Below, in pieces: positions 17,217 to 26,398 of a stretch of DNA of 64,000 bases. The DNA comes from Lactobacillales bacterium (lineage in GTDB: Bacteria; Bacillota_I; Bacilli_A; RF39; UBA660). The stretch's first letter is position 1. The number at the start of each line of letters is the position of its first letter. The stretch spans positions 723-64,722 of the forward strand of contig SVAG01000006.1 in the NCBI GenBank assembly GCA_015059545.1, written 5' to 3'. The position numbers and the translations under genes were made by a program. The notes under the pieces were generated by a model. It made no database searches. It saw only the letters and a program-made list of their open reading frames with translations, and was not told the DNA's origin.

Positions 17217-20118
17217 CTAATTTATATATATAATGTCTTGCTGTTGTGTTTTCAACTTTTTTTGAAAAACCTAAAAATATTTTATTATTAATAATTTTTA
17301 TACCTTCTGGCTCCCATATTTCTTTATTAGTAGGATTACCTAATTTATAACGATATGCAATCTTTTCGCCTTGAAGCGAATAAATTGAAAGGAATGGTCC
17401 TATGCTGTAATTATTGTTAGTAGTAGGGTTTCCTTCTAGTATATATATATAATTTCCATTAACTGTAAACCCTTGCCAACTTATATTGTTAGTATTATCT
17501 GGTAATGAAAATTTAAAAGCTATTTTAGGTGAACTTGAATTTATGAAATCATCTAAATTATATACTTTATAAGTTGTATCATGCCTTATAACTAAAATTC
17601 GATTATTATTATCAATGGCTGCTTGTCCTTGATAATTGTAAGTTTTAACATTTAATTGATCTTTAGTTATTGTTTTACAATTATTCCCATTTGGACTAAA
17701 TAAATTATTTGTTAATTTAATTCTACATATTTTTGTTGATTTATATTCTCCAGGTGCATCTTTTTTTTCTATTCCATCACAACCAACCCATATAAATGTA
17801 TTGTTATTAGTTTTTTCAAAATCAATATTACCTAAGTGTCCAAATTTAGGAAGATTTATACATGAAACTATTGAGTTATTATTTGCATCTATTTTATTAA
17901 TATAAGCATCTCTTTGTGTAATGTATAAGTAGTTATCATCCTTAATCCATGATTGCATGTTTCTAGCTTTATTTGATAATGTTAACTTTGATTTATATAC
18001 TTTTTTAGTTGTTGTAGGATTAATATAATTTCCTGCAACTTTAACGCTTACTTTTGTTTTTGCTTTGAAATTTCCATCTTTAGTTTTAGCTGTAATAGTA
18101 GCTGTACCTATTTTTTTAGCTGTTATAATACCTTTTGCATCAACAGAAACAATTTCTGGGTCATTACTAGACCAAATAATTGTTTTATTAGTAGCATCAT
18201 TAGGTTTAATGGTAGCAATAATTTTTTTAGTATTAGTTTTATTAATAGTAATATTACTAGTATTTAATTTAATTCCAGTAACAGGTGTTTTAACAGTTAT
18301 AGTAGATATTATTTTATAATTATTTTCTTTAGTGGCTGCTGTTATATTTGTTATACCGTCACTAATAGCTTTTATATTACCATTTTGATCAACAGTAGCA
18401 ACTTTCGGATTACTACTAGACCAAATAATTGTTTTATTAGTGGCATCACTAGGTTTAATAGTAGCAGTAATTTTTGAATTTTGACCTTTATTTAAATTAA
18501 TCTTCTTTTTATCAATTTGTATTCCAGTAACAGGTACATTTACTATAACTCTACAAGATGTTTTAAAGTTTCCGTCTTTAGAAGAAATATAAATATATGT
18601 TATTCCTCCAGAAACAGCAGTAACTTTTCCGTTTTGATCGACAGTAGCGATTTTTGGATTACTACTAGACCAAGTTACACTTTTATTTGATGCATATTCA
18701 GGATATATATCATAAGTTAAATTAAAACTCTTATTTTTATTTAGTGTTAAACTTGTTTTATTTAATTTAATATTTGTAACTAAATTTTTTACTGTAACAT
18801 TTATGGATGTTTTAAATTTATTATCTTCTGATTTTACTATTATAGTTGTGGAACCATTAGAAATACCTTTAATATTACCATTTTGATCAACAGTAGCGAT
18901 TTTTTGATTGCTACTAGACCAAATAATTGTTTTATTAGTAGCATCACTTGGGGTAAAAATGACATTAACTTTTTTTATCTCATTTTTTCCTAATTGTAGG
19001 TTAGTAACATTTGTTTTAATTCCATTTAATGGGACATAAACATTAACTTTGCAAGTTGCTTTTGTATTTCCATCTTTAGAAGAAGCAGTTATAATTGAAT
19101 TACCACTAGAAATAGCAGTAACTTTTCCGTTTTGATCAACAGTAGCGATTTTAGAATTACTACTAGACCAAATAATATCTTTATTTCCAGCATCATTAGG
19201 TTTTATAGTATAAGTTAAATTAAATGTATTATTCTTTTTTAAAGAAATATTTGTTTTATTTAAAGTTATATTAGTTACTAGTTTATTAACTATTATTTTA
19301 ATAGAAGTTTTAAATTTATTATCTTTAGTTTTAACTGTAATAGTTGTAGTTCCATTAGAAATAGCAGTAACTTTTCCGTTTTGATCAACTGTAGCGATTT
19401 TAGAATTACTACTGGACCAATAAAAATCTTTATTGTCTGCATCATTAGGTGTTATAATCAAGTTTAATTTTTTTGTAGAATCATTATTCATATATATATT
19501 TTTTTCTTTAAATTTAATCTCTTTTATATGTGATGTAACTTTTATATTACATTTATCTTTATAGCCACCATCTTTAGAAGTAACAGTGATAATTGTATTT
19601 CCTTTTTGTAATGCAGTAACTTTTCCATTTTGATCAACAGTAGCAACTTTTGGGTTACTACTAGACCAGTAAAAATCTTTATTAGTGGCGTTATTAGGTT
19701 CAATATTAACTTTTAAATTAATAGAATCTGATTTATTTAAAGTTTTATTATTATAATTTAGTTTTACGTTTTTAATATATATATATTGTTTTTCATTTGT
19801 TTCTTTTTCCCATTTTGCTGTTAAAGTAGTGTTTTTTGTTATTTGAATATCATTCTCTATTTTGTTATTATTTTCATCATACCATCCTAAAAATATGTAG
19901 TTTTCTTTTTGAGGAGATATTAAATTTTTTAAATTACTATTACAATCTATTTTTTTATTAGGAATATTAAAATCACTATTACTATTAAAGACTATTAAAC
20001 ATTCATTTTTAGTTGAAGAAAATTTATTTGTTGTAAAAATAAGTATTCCAGTAAATAAAAATACAAATATAAGAATCCTATAATCTATTATTTTTAAAAT
20101 TTTCTTCATAAATATCAT
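17209..20118 (-). CDS. Large surface protein with about 8 tandem bacterial Ig-like (Big_2) domains and a C-terminal non-Ig domain of about 280 aa
   Basis: N-terminal TM/signal. Repeated ..ATNKDFYWSSSNPKVATVDQNGKVTA...TIITV.. Big_2 units. The C-terminal domain is rich in N/Y/W. Confidence 0.75.
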   Translation of the reverse strand: MIFMKKILKIIDYRILIFVFLFTGILIFTTNKFSSTKNECLIVFNSNSDFNIPNKKIDCNSNLKNLISPQKENYIFLGWYDENNNKIENDIQITKNTTLTAKWEKETNEKQYIYIKNVKLNYNNKTLNKSDSINLKVNIEPNNATNKDFYWSSSNPKVATVDQNGKVTALQKGNTIITVTSKDGGYKDKCNIKVTSHIKEIKFKEKNIYMNNDSTKKLNLIITPNDADNKDFYWSSSNSKIATVDQNGKVTAISNGTTTITVKTKDNKFKTSIKIIVNKLVTNITLNKTNISLKKNNTFNLTYTIKPNDAGNKDIIWSSSNSKIATVDQNGKVTAISSGNSIITASSKDGNTKATCKVNVYVPLNGIKTNVTNLQLGKNEIKKVNVIFTPSDATNKTIIWSSSNQKIATVDQNGNIKGISNGSTTIIVKSEDNKFKTSINVTVKNLVTNIKLNKTSLTLNKNKSFNLTYDIYPEYASNKSVTWSSSNPKIATVDQNGKVTAVSGGITYIYISSKDGNFKTSCRVIVNVPVTGIQIDKKKINLNKGQNSKITATIKPSDATNKTIIWSSSNPKVATVDQNGNIKAISDGITNITAATKENNYKIISTITVKTPVTGIKLNTSNITINKTNTKKIIATIKPNDATNKTIIWSSNDPEIVSVDAKGIITAKKIGTATITAKTKDGNFKAKTKVSVKVAGNYINPTTTKKVYKSKLTLSNKARNMQSWIKDDNYLYITQRDAYINKIDANNNSIVSCINLPKFGHLGNIDFEKTNNNTFIWVGCDGIEKKDAPGEYKSTKICRIKLTNNLFSPNGNNCKTITKDQLNVKTYNYQGQAAIDNNNRILVIRHDTTYKVYNLDDFINSSSPKIAFKFSLPDNTNNISWQGFTVNGNYIYILEGNPTTNNNYSIGPFLSIYSLQGEKIAYRYKLGNPTNKEIWEPEGIKIINNKIFLGFSKKVENTTARHYIYKLEK

Positions 20119-20171
20119 TCCTATTCCTATTATAAATAATTATAGCACATAATAAAAAAAACATTAATATA

Positions 20172-20597
20172 TTAATGTATTTCTTTACATATCCCTGGAT
20201 CAGGTATATAGAAACAATGACTTTTATATCTTCCTGATAATTTTTGATCATACCAAGTATTTGTACATGCTACACCTGTTTTAGGAGCATAAAACCATAA
20301 TGAATTAGTAGCTGGATGGTAATATTCTCCTCTTATTATTCTGTCGGCTAAATTTTTTTCTGTAGTTGTAGGATTACCATAAAATAAAGAACCTTTTGTT
20401 CCAGAAAATTGATTTGGTTGATATATAACATCTGATATCGTGGAAACATTTTTAAAAGTTAAACAGTTTGCAAGTGCTCTATTAACTACAACATTACCAA
20501 CCATAAGCATTCCAAGGTTACCTTCTCCTACAGCTTCAGCTCTCATTATTCTAGCAAGTAAATCTCTTTCTTTACTTGTATATTTTATAATTGACAT
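20172..20597 (-). CDS. SleB/CwlJ-family cell-wall hydrolase (Hydrolase_2 domain), CwlJ-like
   Basis: LLARIMRAEAVGEG..GMLMVGNVVVNR matches the Hydrolase_2/SleB catalytic-domain signature. 141 aa. Confidence 0.7.
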   Translation of the reverse strand: MSIIKYTSKERDLLARIMRAEAVGEGNLGMLMVGNVVVNRALANCLTFKNVSTISDVIYQPNQFSGTKGSLFYGNPTTTEKNLADRIIRGEYYHPATNSLWFYAPKTGVACTNTWYDQKLSGRYKSHCFYIPDPGICKEIH

Positions 20598-20657
20598 ATA
20601 ATCACCTATTTAATTATATGAATTTACATTAATATAGTGAATATATTTAATTAAACC

Positions 20658-20686
20658 TTGAAATTATTATTATTTCATGTTATAAT
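20658..20686 (+). promoter_or_regulatory. Consensus sigma-A promoter (TTGAAA, 17 nt, TATAAT) for tRNA-Trp
   Basis: TTGAAA at 20658-63, a 17-nt spacer, and TATAAT at 20681-86, 14 nt before the tRNA 5' end. Confidence 0.7.
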
Positions 20687-20700
20687 CAATTTGTCCGTTT

Positions 20701-20774
20701 AGGGGTGTAGTTAAATGGTATAATAACGGTCTCCAAAACCGCTGTTGGGAGTTCGATTCTCTCCACCCCTGCCA
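20701..20774 (+). tRNA. tRNA-Trp (anticodon CCA)
   Basis: AGGGGTG/CACCCCT acceptor stem, CTCCAAA anticodon loop, TTCGATT T-loop, encoded 3' CCA. 74 nt. Confidence 0.9.
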
Positions 20775-20918
20775 TTTAGAATAATTCGAACAAATATGTT
20801 CGTTTCCGTAAAACTTGATATAAAAATATCAAGTTTTTTAATATTTTAATAAAAACTTGACAAAAATAAAAAATGTGATAAAATATATTACACTTTTTAA
20901 GAAGAGGGGGAATTTTAT

Positions 20919-21977
20919 ATGGAAAACGTGGTACTTAAAAAGGAAAATGGAGTAGTTATTGAATCTGTTCGTAAGACTTTAGTTAGTAAAACACCTTATT
21001 TAGGAAAAAATGAAAAATGTTTTTCTGATGCTGTAGAAAATATTAATAAACCTAAAAATAATGATGTTATGGCTATCAAAAAGTCAATTTATACAATGGT
21101 ACAAACTATATCAAAAGCAGAAGGTGGTTCCGAAGTAATTGCTGAATTTTATAATAGATTAAAATTAGCACAAACTCGTGAAGAACTATTAGCCATTGTT
21201 AATTTATTATGCAAAGGTTATGATCAAGTCTTAAAGGGTATGAAACCAGTTAAATCAAGAGAAAAAAATAAAGAAGAAATAATAGTTGACATAAAAATTA
21301 ATACAAAATTTAACGAACAATTAAAAACTAATCCTGATCTTGTTATTTCAATAGCAACTAAAAAGATTATTTCTAATTATTATTTAAATAAAATCTTATC
21401 TTCAGGAAAAGAAAGAGTTAATGAATTAGAAAACTTAAAAATGAGTGGTGTATCTATTGATGAAATTCTAGAATTTTTCGGTGAAAGTTTTAATGAAACT
21501 TCGATTTCAAATGGAATAGAAAAATTATCTAAAAAAATATTTTCAGACACAATAGATGTTGTATCTGATCAATTACAAACACATTTATGTTGGGAACATT
21601 GTGTTAATGCATCAGTATTACAATGTCCAAAAATAGCGGATCAAGTAAAACAAAAGATCGGAGAATATGATTTTATAACAGATGGTTATCAAATATTTGA
21701 TGCAAATGGAAAAGTTGATCAATTTATTGTAACAGGTTGTGATAATTACGTTAAAGCAGAACCAAAAGTTCTTACATCAGAAGAAAAGAAAAGATTAAAA
21801 ATAGCAAAAGAAAGTTTAAGAATGGCATATTTTGATGCATCTTCATTAGAAGAAGCTTATCTTATCCAAGCAGATTTAGAAGCAAGAGGTCAAATTCATA
21901 GTATTAGGGGAAGAAGACCTGATGAAAAAACAATTAAACTTATAAAAGCAAGAAGAAATTCAAAAAATAATTATTAA
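20919..21977 (+). CDS. Hypothetical protein (352 aa)
   Basis: Long ORF with a GAGGGGG RBS. No recognisable motif. Confidence 0.5.
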   Translation: MENVVLKKENGVVIESVRKTLVSKTPYLGKNEKCFSDAVENINKPKNNDVMAIKKSIYTMVQTISKAEGGSEVIAEFYNRLKLAQTREELLAIVNLLCKGYDQVLKGMKPVKSREKNKEEIIVDIKINTKFNEQLKTNPDLVISIATKKIISNYYLNKILSSGKERVNELENLKMSGVSIDEILEFFGESFNETSISNGIEKLSKKIFSDTIDVVSDQLQTHLCWEHCVNASVLQCPKIADQVKQKIGEYDFITDGYQIFDANGKVDQFIVTGCDNYVKAEPKVLTSEEKKRLKIAKESLRMAYFDASSLEEAYLIQADLEARGQIHSIRGRRPDEKTIKLIKARRNSKNNY

Positions 21978-22064
21978 GAGGATTATATAACCCTCTTTTT
22001 TTGTAAAATTATTTGACATTATAAAAAAATAATAGTATTATAACATCTAATTGAGGGGGATAAT

Positions 22065-22460
22065 ATGTCAAAAAATATAGAAATAAAGAATTGGAACGAA
22101 TATTCTTCAGAAGAAAAAAATATTTTGTTACAACATTGGTGGCATTATTATGGAAAAATATTATATACTTTAGATGAATGTGAACAATTTGATAGTTTAT
22201 TAGAAAAAGATATTGATAAAATTTTTATAGCTGCGATTGGTAGTTTTATTATAGGATTAAGTAGTCAACCTTTGATTGATTCTATGAGAAGAAATAATAT
22301 TGATGAATTATTATCAGCATTACCAGAAATGAAAAAATTAGAAGATAATGAGATGTATCATAAAGTCGAAGTTAGTTTAATAACACAATTAGTTGATAGT
22401 TATAATAATCAAGATTTTAATACATTAATTAATCAAAAAACTGCAAAAAAGCATAAATAA
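22065..22460 (+). CDS. Hypothetical protein (131 aa)
   Basis: ORF with a GAGGGGGA RBS. Confidence 0.45.
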   Translation: MSKNIEIKNWNEYSSEEKNILLQHWWHYYGKILYTLDECEQFDSLLEKDIDKIFIAAIGSFIIGLSSQPLIDSMRRNNIDELLSALPEMKKLEDNEMYHKVEVSLITQLVDSYNNQDFNTLINQKTAKKHK

Positions 22461-22477
22461 TTTAATAGGGAGAATTT

Positions 22478-22858
22478 ATGAAAAAAGATTTAAATAATAT
22501 TTGTGGGTGCCAAGGAAATTGCTTATTGTATATGGGAGATTATTATATAAAAGGATTTAACATAAAAGATGAACCATATATTGTTAATTGTTATTATTGC
22601 TCTATATGTGGTAAAGAATTACAAATATATAATGGTTATCATGATAAAGAAACAAGAAAACTATATGAAGAATCATTAAAATATTCACATATAAATAGAT
22701 CTTCGGCATTTGTTTTTGATGTTACAAAATTTAATTCAGAAGTTTTTGGTTGTAGTTTGGAAGAAAAAAGAAGTTTAATTTATGATATAAAAAATAAAAA
22801 TGGGATCGGATCACCAGCAGGGCTACAATTAGTTTTATCTTTTAAAAGAAAAAAATAA
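22478..22858 (+). CDS. Hypothetical Cys-rich protein (126 aa)
   Basis: CGCQGNC...CYYCSICGKE. A putative zinc-ribbon-like small protein. Confidence 0.45.
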   Translation: MKKDLNNICGCQGNCLLYMGDYYIKGFNIKDEPYIVNCYYCSICGKELQIYNGYHDKETRKLYEESLKYSHINRSSAFVFDVTKFNSEVFGCSLEEKRSLIYDIKNKNGIGSPAGLQLVLSFKRKK

Positions 22859-22943
22859 AAGCTCATAATTGAGTTTTTTTATTGTAATTAAAAAATATAT
22901 ATGATATTATATAAATGCAAAAAAATTGCATTTAGGAGGATTT

Positions 22944-23789
22944 ATGAAACACGCATTAATTCATACATTAAAAGATTCAATTAAAATATTACCATTCTTA
23001 TTTATTGCATTTTTAATAATGGAATATTTTGAACATAAATTAAATAATAAAAATAAAGAAATTATAAAAAAATCTGGTAAATTTGGCCCATTATTTGGCG
23101 GAATATTAGGAGCATTTCCTCAATGTGGATTTTCTGTTTTAGCAACTAATTTTTATGCAGCTAGAATAATATCTATTGGAACATTAGTAGCAGTTTATTT
23201 ATCAACATCAGATGAAATGTTACCAATATTATTATCTGAAGGTGCAAAAATAGATGTAATTATTAAATTAATTGGTTTAAAAGTTATAATTGGTATTATT
23301 TTTGGATTTATAATTGATTTTATTTTTAGAAAAACAATTGATAAAAAAGATCATATACATGAAATATGTGATGAAGAACACTGTGATTGTAATCATGGAA
23401 TATTAAAATCTAGTATAAAACATACAATTAATATATTTATATTTATATTAATTACTACTTTTTTAATTAATATTGTAATGGAATATTATGGGGAAGAAAA
23501 ACTATCTAATATATTTATATCTAATAATATATTAAGTTCTTTTATAGCAAGTCTAGTAGGATTAATTCCTAATTGTGCATCAAGTGTTATTATTACAGAA
23601 CTTTATTTAAATGGTATTTTTACTTTAGGATCAGCTATGGCAGGGTTGTTAACTGGTAGTGGAGTAGCTATTATGGTATTATTTAAAATAAATCATAATA
23701 TGAAAGAAAATATAAAAATAGTAGCTATTATATATTCTATAGGAGTTATATGTGGAATTCTTATTGATTTATTAGGTGTAGTTATATGA
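22944..23789 (+). CDS. Polytopic membrane permease with a His/Cys-rich loop, DUF2899/ArsP_2-like; a putative metal exporter
   Basis: About 10 TM segments and a HEICDEEHCDCNH loop. It is adjacent to and translationally coupled with a Fur-family regulator. An ATG at 22926 is an alternative start. Confidence 0.4.
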   Translation: MKHALIHTLKDSIKILPFLFIAFLIMEYFEHKLNNKNKEIIKKSGKFGPLFGGILGAFPQCGFSVLATNFYAARIISIGTLVAVYLSTSDEMLPILLSEGAKIDVIIKLIGLKVIIGIIFGFIIDFIFRKTIDKKDHIHEICDEEHCDCNHGILKSSIKHTINIFIFILITTFLINIVMEYYGEEKLSNIFISNNILSSFIASLVGLIPNCASSVIITELYLNGIFTLGSAMAGLLTGSGVAIMVLFKINHNMKENIKIVAIIYSIGVICGILIDLLGVVI

Positions 23790-24166
23790 TAAATTATTTT
23801 AAATCAAAAAATATTAAATTAACTAAACAAAGAAAATTAGTTTTTGAAACTATTTCTAAATTGGAAGAAGCTAACTTAAAAGATATTCAAAAAATATGTG
23901 GAAAAGAAATGGATAATTCTACTATATATAGAATAATAGATTTATTTTTAAAAAAAGGTATGATAAATAAAAATATTGATAATTCTAATAATCTAGTATA
24001 TATGATAAATAAAGAAGAACATAAACATTACATATATTGTGTAGAATGTCATAACAAAGAAGTTATAGATATATGTCCTATAGATAGTATTAAAAATACA
24101 GGTTATAAGTTATTATCACATCAAATAAGAATAGATGGTATATGTAGTGATTGTCAAAAAAAATAA
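23786..24166 (+). CDS. Fur-family metalloregulator, Zur/PerR-like
   Basis: KLTKQRKLVFETI DNA-binding-helix region and C-terminal CxxC..CxxC (CVECH...CSDC). 126 aa. Confidence 0.7.
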   Translation: MINYFKSKNIKLTKQRKLVFETISKLEEANLKDIQKICGKEMDNSTIYRIIDLFLKKGMINKNIDNSNNLVYMINKEEHKHYIYCVECHNKEVIDICPIDSIKNTGYKLLSHQIRIDGICSDCQKK

Positions 24167-24192
24167 GAGTAAAACTCTTATTTTATTATTTC
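24161..24192. terminator. Bidirectional terminator
   Basis: aataagagt-aaa-actcttatt palindrome followed by a T-run, between convergent genes. Confidence 0.7.
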
Positions 24193-25794
24193 CATAATGT
24201 TTGGAACGATTTGTTTTTTTCTTGAAACAAATTCAGGTAAATAATATCCTTGATAAATGTTTTCTATATTGAAGGCTAAACCAATTTGTTCTTTATTATC
24301 TTCTGTATAGAAAAGATAAGAACCATTTTTAATTATATCAGTTACACATAATAATACTAAATCACATTCTTTATTTATTTTTATATCTTCAATAATTTTA
24401 ATATATTCATCTTTTTCGTTTAATATTTCTTCAAAGTTTAAAGTAAATACTTGTGAAATAGCAATTTTCTTATCATCAACTTGGAAAGTTTTAATATCTT
24501 CATTTACTATTTCATTTTTAGTTTTTCCTTCTAATGAAGTTCCTGCTTTAAACATTTCAGTAGCATATTCATTAAAATCAAATCCTATAATATTAGCTAA
24601 TGATGCTACTACGGTTCTATCTAAACTAGTAGTAGTTGGACTTGTTAAAGCTAGTGTATCAGATAATATACCTGATATCATAAGGCCGGCTATATCTTTA
24701 GGAATTTCAATCTTATTTTCTTTATATAAAGAATATATTATTGTATTCGTACTACCAACTGTCATATTTCTAAAATTAATTGGTTGATTAGTTGTTAAAT
24801 CACCTATTTTATGGTGATCTACTATTTCTAGTATATCAGCTTCATCAAGCCCCATAACACTTTGTTCAGCTTCATTATGATCTACTAAAATACATTTTTT
24901 CTTTCTTTTTTCAGTTATTTCTGTAACTCTTATAAGTCCATGACAATATCCTTTTTTATCAATTATAGGATAGTTATTATGTCCTAATTTACTACTTTTA
25001 ATTAAAAATTCATCATAATAGTCATTTTCATCAAAAGTTTCTATAGAGTCTTCAGTAATTAAATTTTTAATATAATTAGAAAGTCCAATTAATTTAGCTG
25101 TATGGAAACTATCATAAGATGTTCTAATAACATTGACATTATTTTTTCTTGCTATTTCTAGGTGTTCTTCTTTTATTTCGTTATCTCCAACTATAATTAA
25201 TAGTTTTATTTTACTATTAACGGCATATTCAATAACACTATGTCTATCTCCAACTATTAATATAGTTTTATCATCTAATTTTAAATTTTCTAAAAATGTT
25301 GTACTTCTATAAGTAGCAGCTAAAATATTACCATTTATTTCTTCATCACATTTATTTAATATATTAGCTTTTAATACATCAACAATATTTTTTAATGAAG
25401 TATTAAGTAGTGTTTGATCAGTAGCAAGTAATTCTTTAAATATAGTTTTAATTGTTACTAATCCTTTAAATTTATTATTATCATCTACTATAGGTACACC
25501 AGTTATATTTTTTTCTAATAAGAAATTATATACATCTGATACTGATTTATTTTCATTTAAAAAATAATTCCTATGATAATTTATATCTTTTAATTGTAAT
25601 TTAACATCATTTAAATAAGAAGGCACTTTAACTTTAAAATAGTCTAATACAAATTTTGTTTCTTGATTTATTGGGCCTAATACTCTTGGCTCAGTATTGT
25701 ATCCTAACTTATTTTTTAAGTAAGATAGAGTTAGTGCTGCAGTTACTGAATCTGTATCAGGTTTCTTATGACCAAAAATATATACTTTTTGCAT
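24178..25794 (-). CDS. ppaC: Mn-dependent inorganic pyrophosphatase (DHH family II) with a CBS-domain insertion
   Basis: MQKVYIFGHKKPDTDS DHH motif, central CBS pair, DHHA2 C-terminus. GAGGTG RBS. 25803 is an in-frame GTG extension. Confidence 0.8.
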   Translation of the reverse strand: MQKVYIFGHKKPDTDSVTAALTLSYLKNKLGYNTEPRVLGPINQETKFVLDYFKVKVPSYLNDVKLQLKDINYHRNYFLNENKSVSDVYNFLLEKNITGVPIVDDNNKFKGLVTIKTIFKELLATDQTLLNTSLKNIVDVLKANILNKCDEEINGNILAATYRSTTFLENLKLDDKTILIVGDRHSVIEYAVNSKIKLLIIVGDNEIKEEHLEIARKNNVNVIRTSYDSFHTAKLIGLSNYIKNLITEDSIETFDENDYYDEFLIKSSKLGHNNYPIIDKKGYCHGLIRVTEITEKRKKKCILVDHNEAEQSVMGLDEADILEIVDHHKIGDLTTNQPINFRNMTVGSTNTIIYSLYKENKIEIPKDIAGLMISGILSDTLALTSPTTTSLDRTVVASLANIIGFDFNEYATEMFKAGTSLEGKTKNEIVNEDIKTFQVDDKKIAISQVFTLNFEEILNEKDEYIKIIEDIKINKECDLVLLCVTDIIKNGSYLFYTEDNKEQIGLAFNIENIYQGYYLPEFVSRKKQIVPNIMEIIK

Positions 25795-25934
25795 TCTAAT
25801 CACCTCTATTATACCTAATAATTATAAAGCAAATTACTAAAAAAATAAAGTTTATTTTGTATAAAAAAGTTAACTTGTCATATTTTTACATTGAAAAATT
25901 TAAAATAAGATATATAATATAGTTAGGTGGTTTT

Positions 25935-26324
25935 ATGGATTTTTGTAATTGTAATAGGTGTAATAAAATTTTTAATCATATGAGTGGACCTGTTTTATGT
26001 AGAGATTGTGATAAAATTGTATTTGATAAAATAAAAGAATATTTAGAAAATAATCCTTCATCAACTACAAAACAAATAAGTGAAAATACGGAAATTTCTA
26101 TTAAAATAATAAGACAATATATTAAAGATCAAAGATTAATGGAAATAAGAAAAGATTTAAATACATGCATATTATGTGGAGAAGTTATAGAAGAAAATTT
26201 AAAGTATTGTATAGAATGCTCTAAAAAGATAAGTTTGACTAATGAACTTCAGAACATGTATGAAAGTAGAGATAAAGAAGGACCAAAAATGAGATTTTTA
26301 AATAATAATAGAAAAAAGAGATAA
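25935..26324 (+). CDS. Small zinc-ribbon/HTH protein, possibly of the YvyF (TIGR03826) family
   Basis: CNCNRCNK...CRDCD N-terminal zinc ribbon and a second CILCG..C..C ribbon. 129 aa. Confidence 0.35.
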   Translation: MDFCNCNRCNKIFNHMSGPVLCRDCDKIVFDKIKEYLENNPSSTTKQISENTEISIKIIRQYIKDQRLMEIRKDLNTCILCGEVIEENLKYCIECSKKISLTNELQNMYESRDKEGPKMRFLNNNRKKR

Positions 26325-26398
26325 TGTCATAAATTGTCTTTTTTTTTATCTTCTATAAATTAAGTGTCTTAATATATTTTTAATATAGGAGGCAATAT

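Noticed and set aside
18065-18319. ORF 18065..18319(+)
   Set aside because: It is antisense within the Big_2 surface-protein gene, hydrophobic junk from the AT-rich antisense strand.
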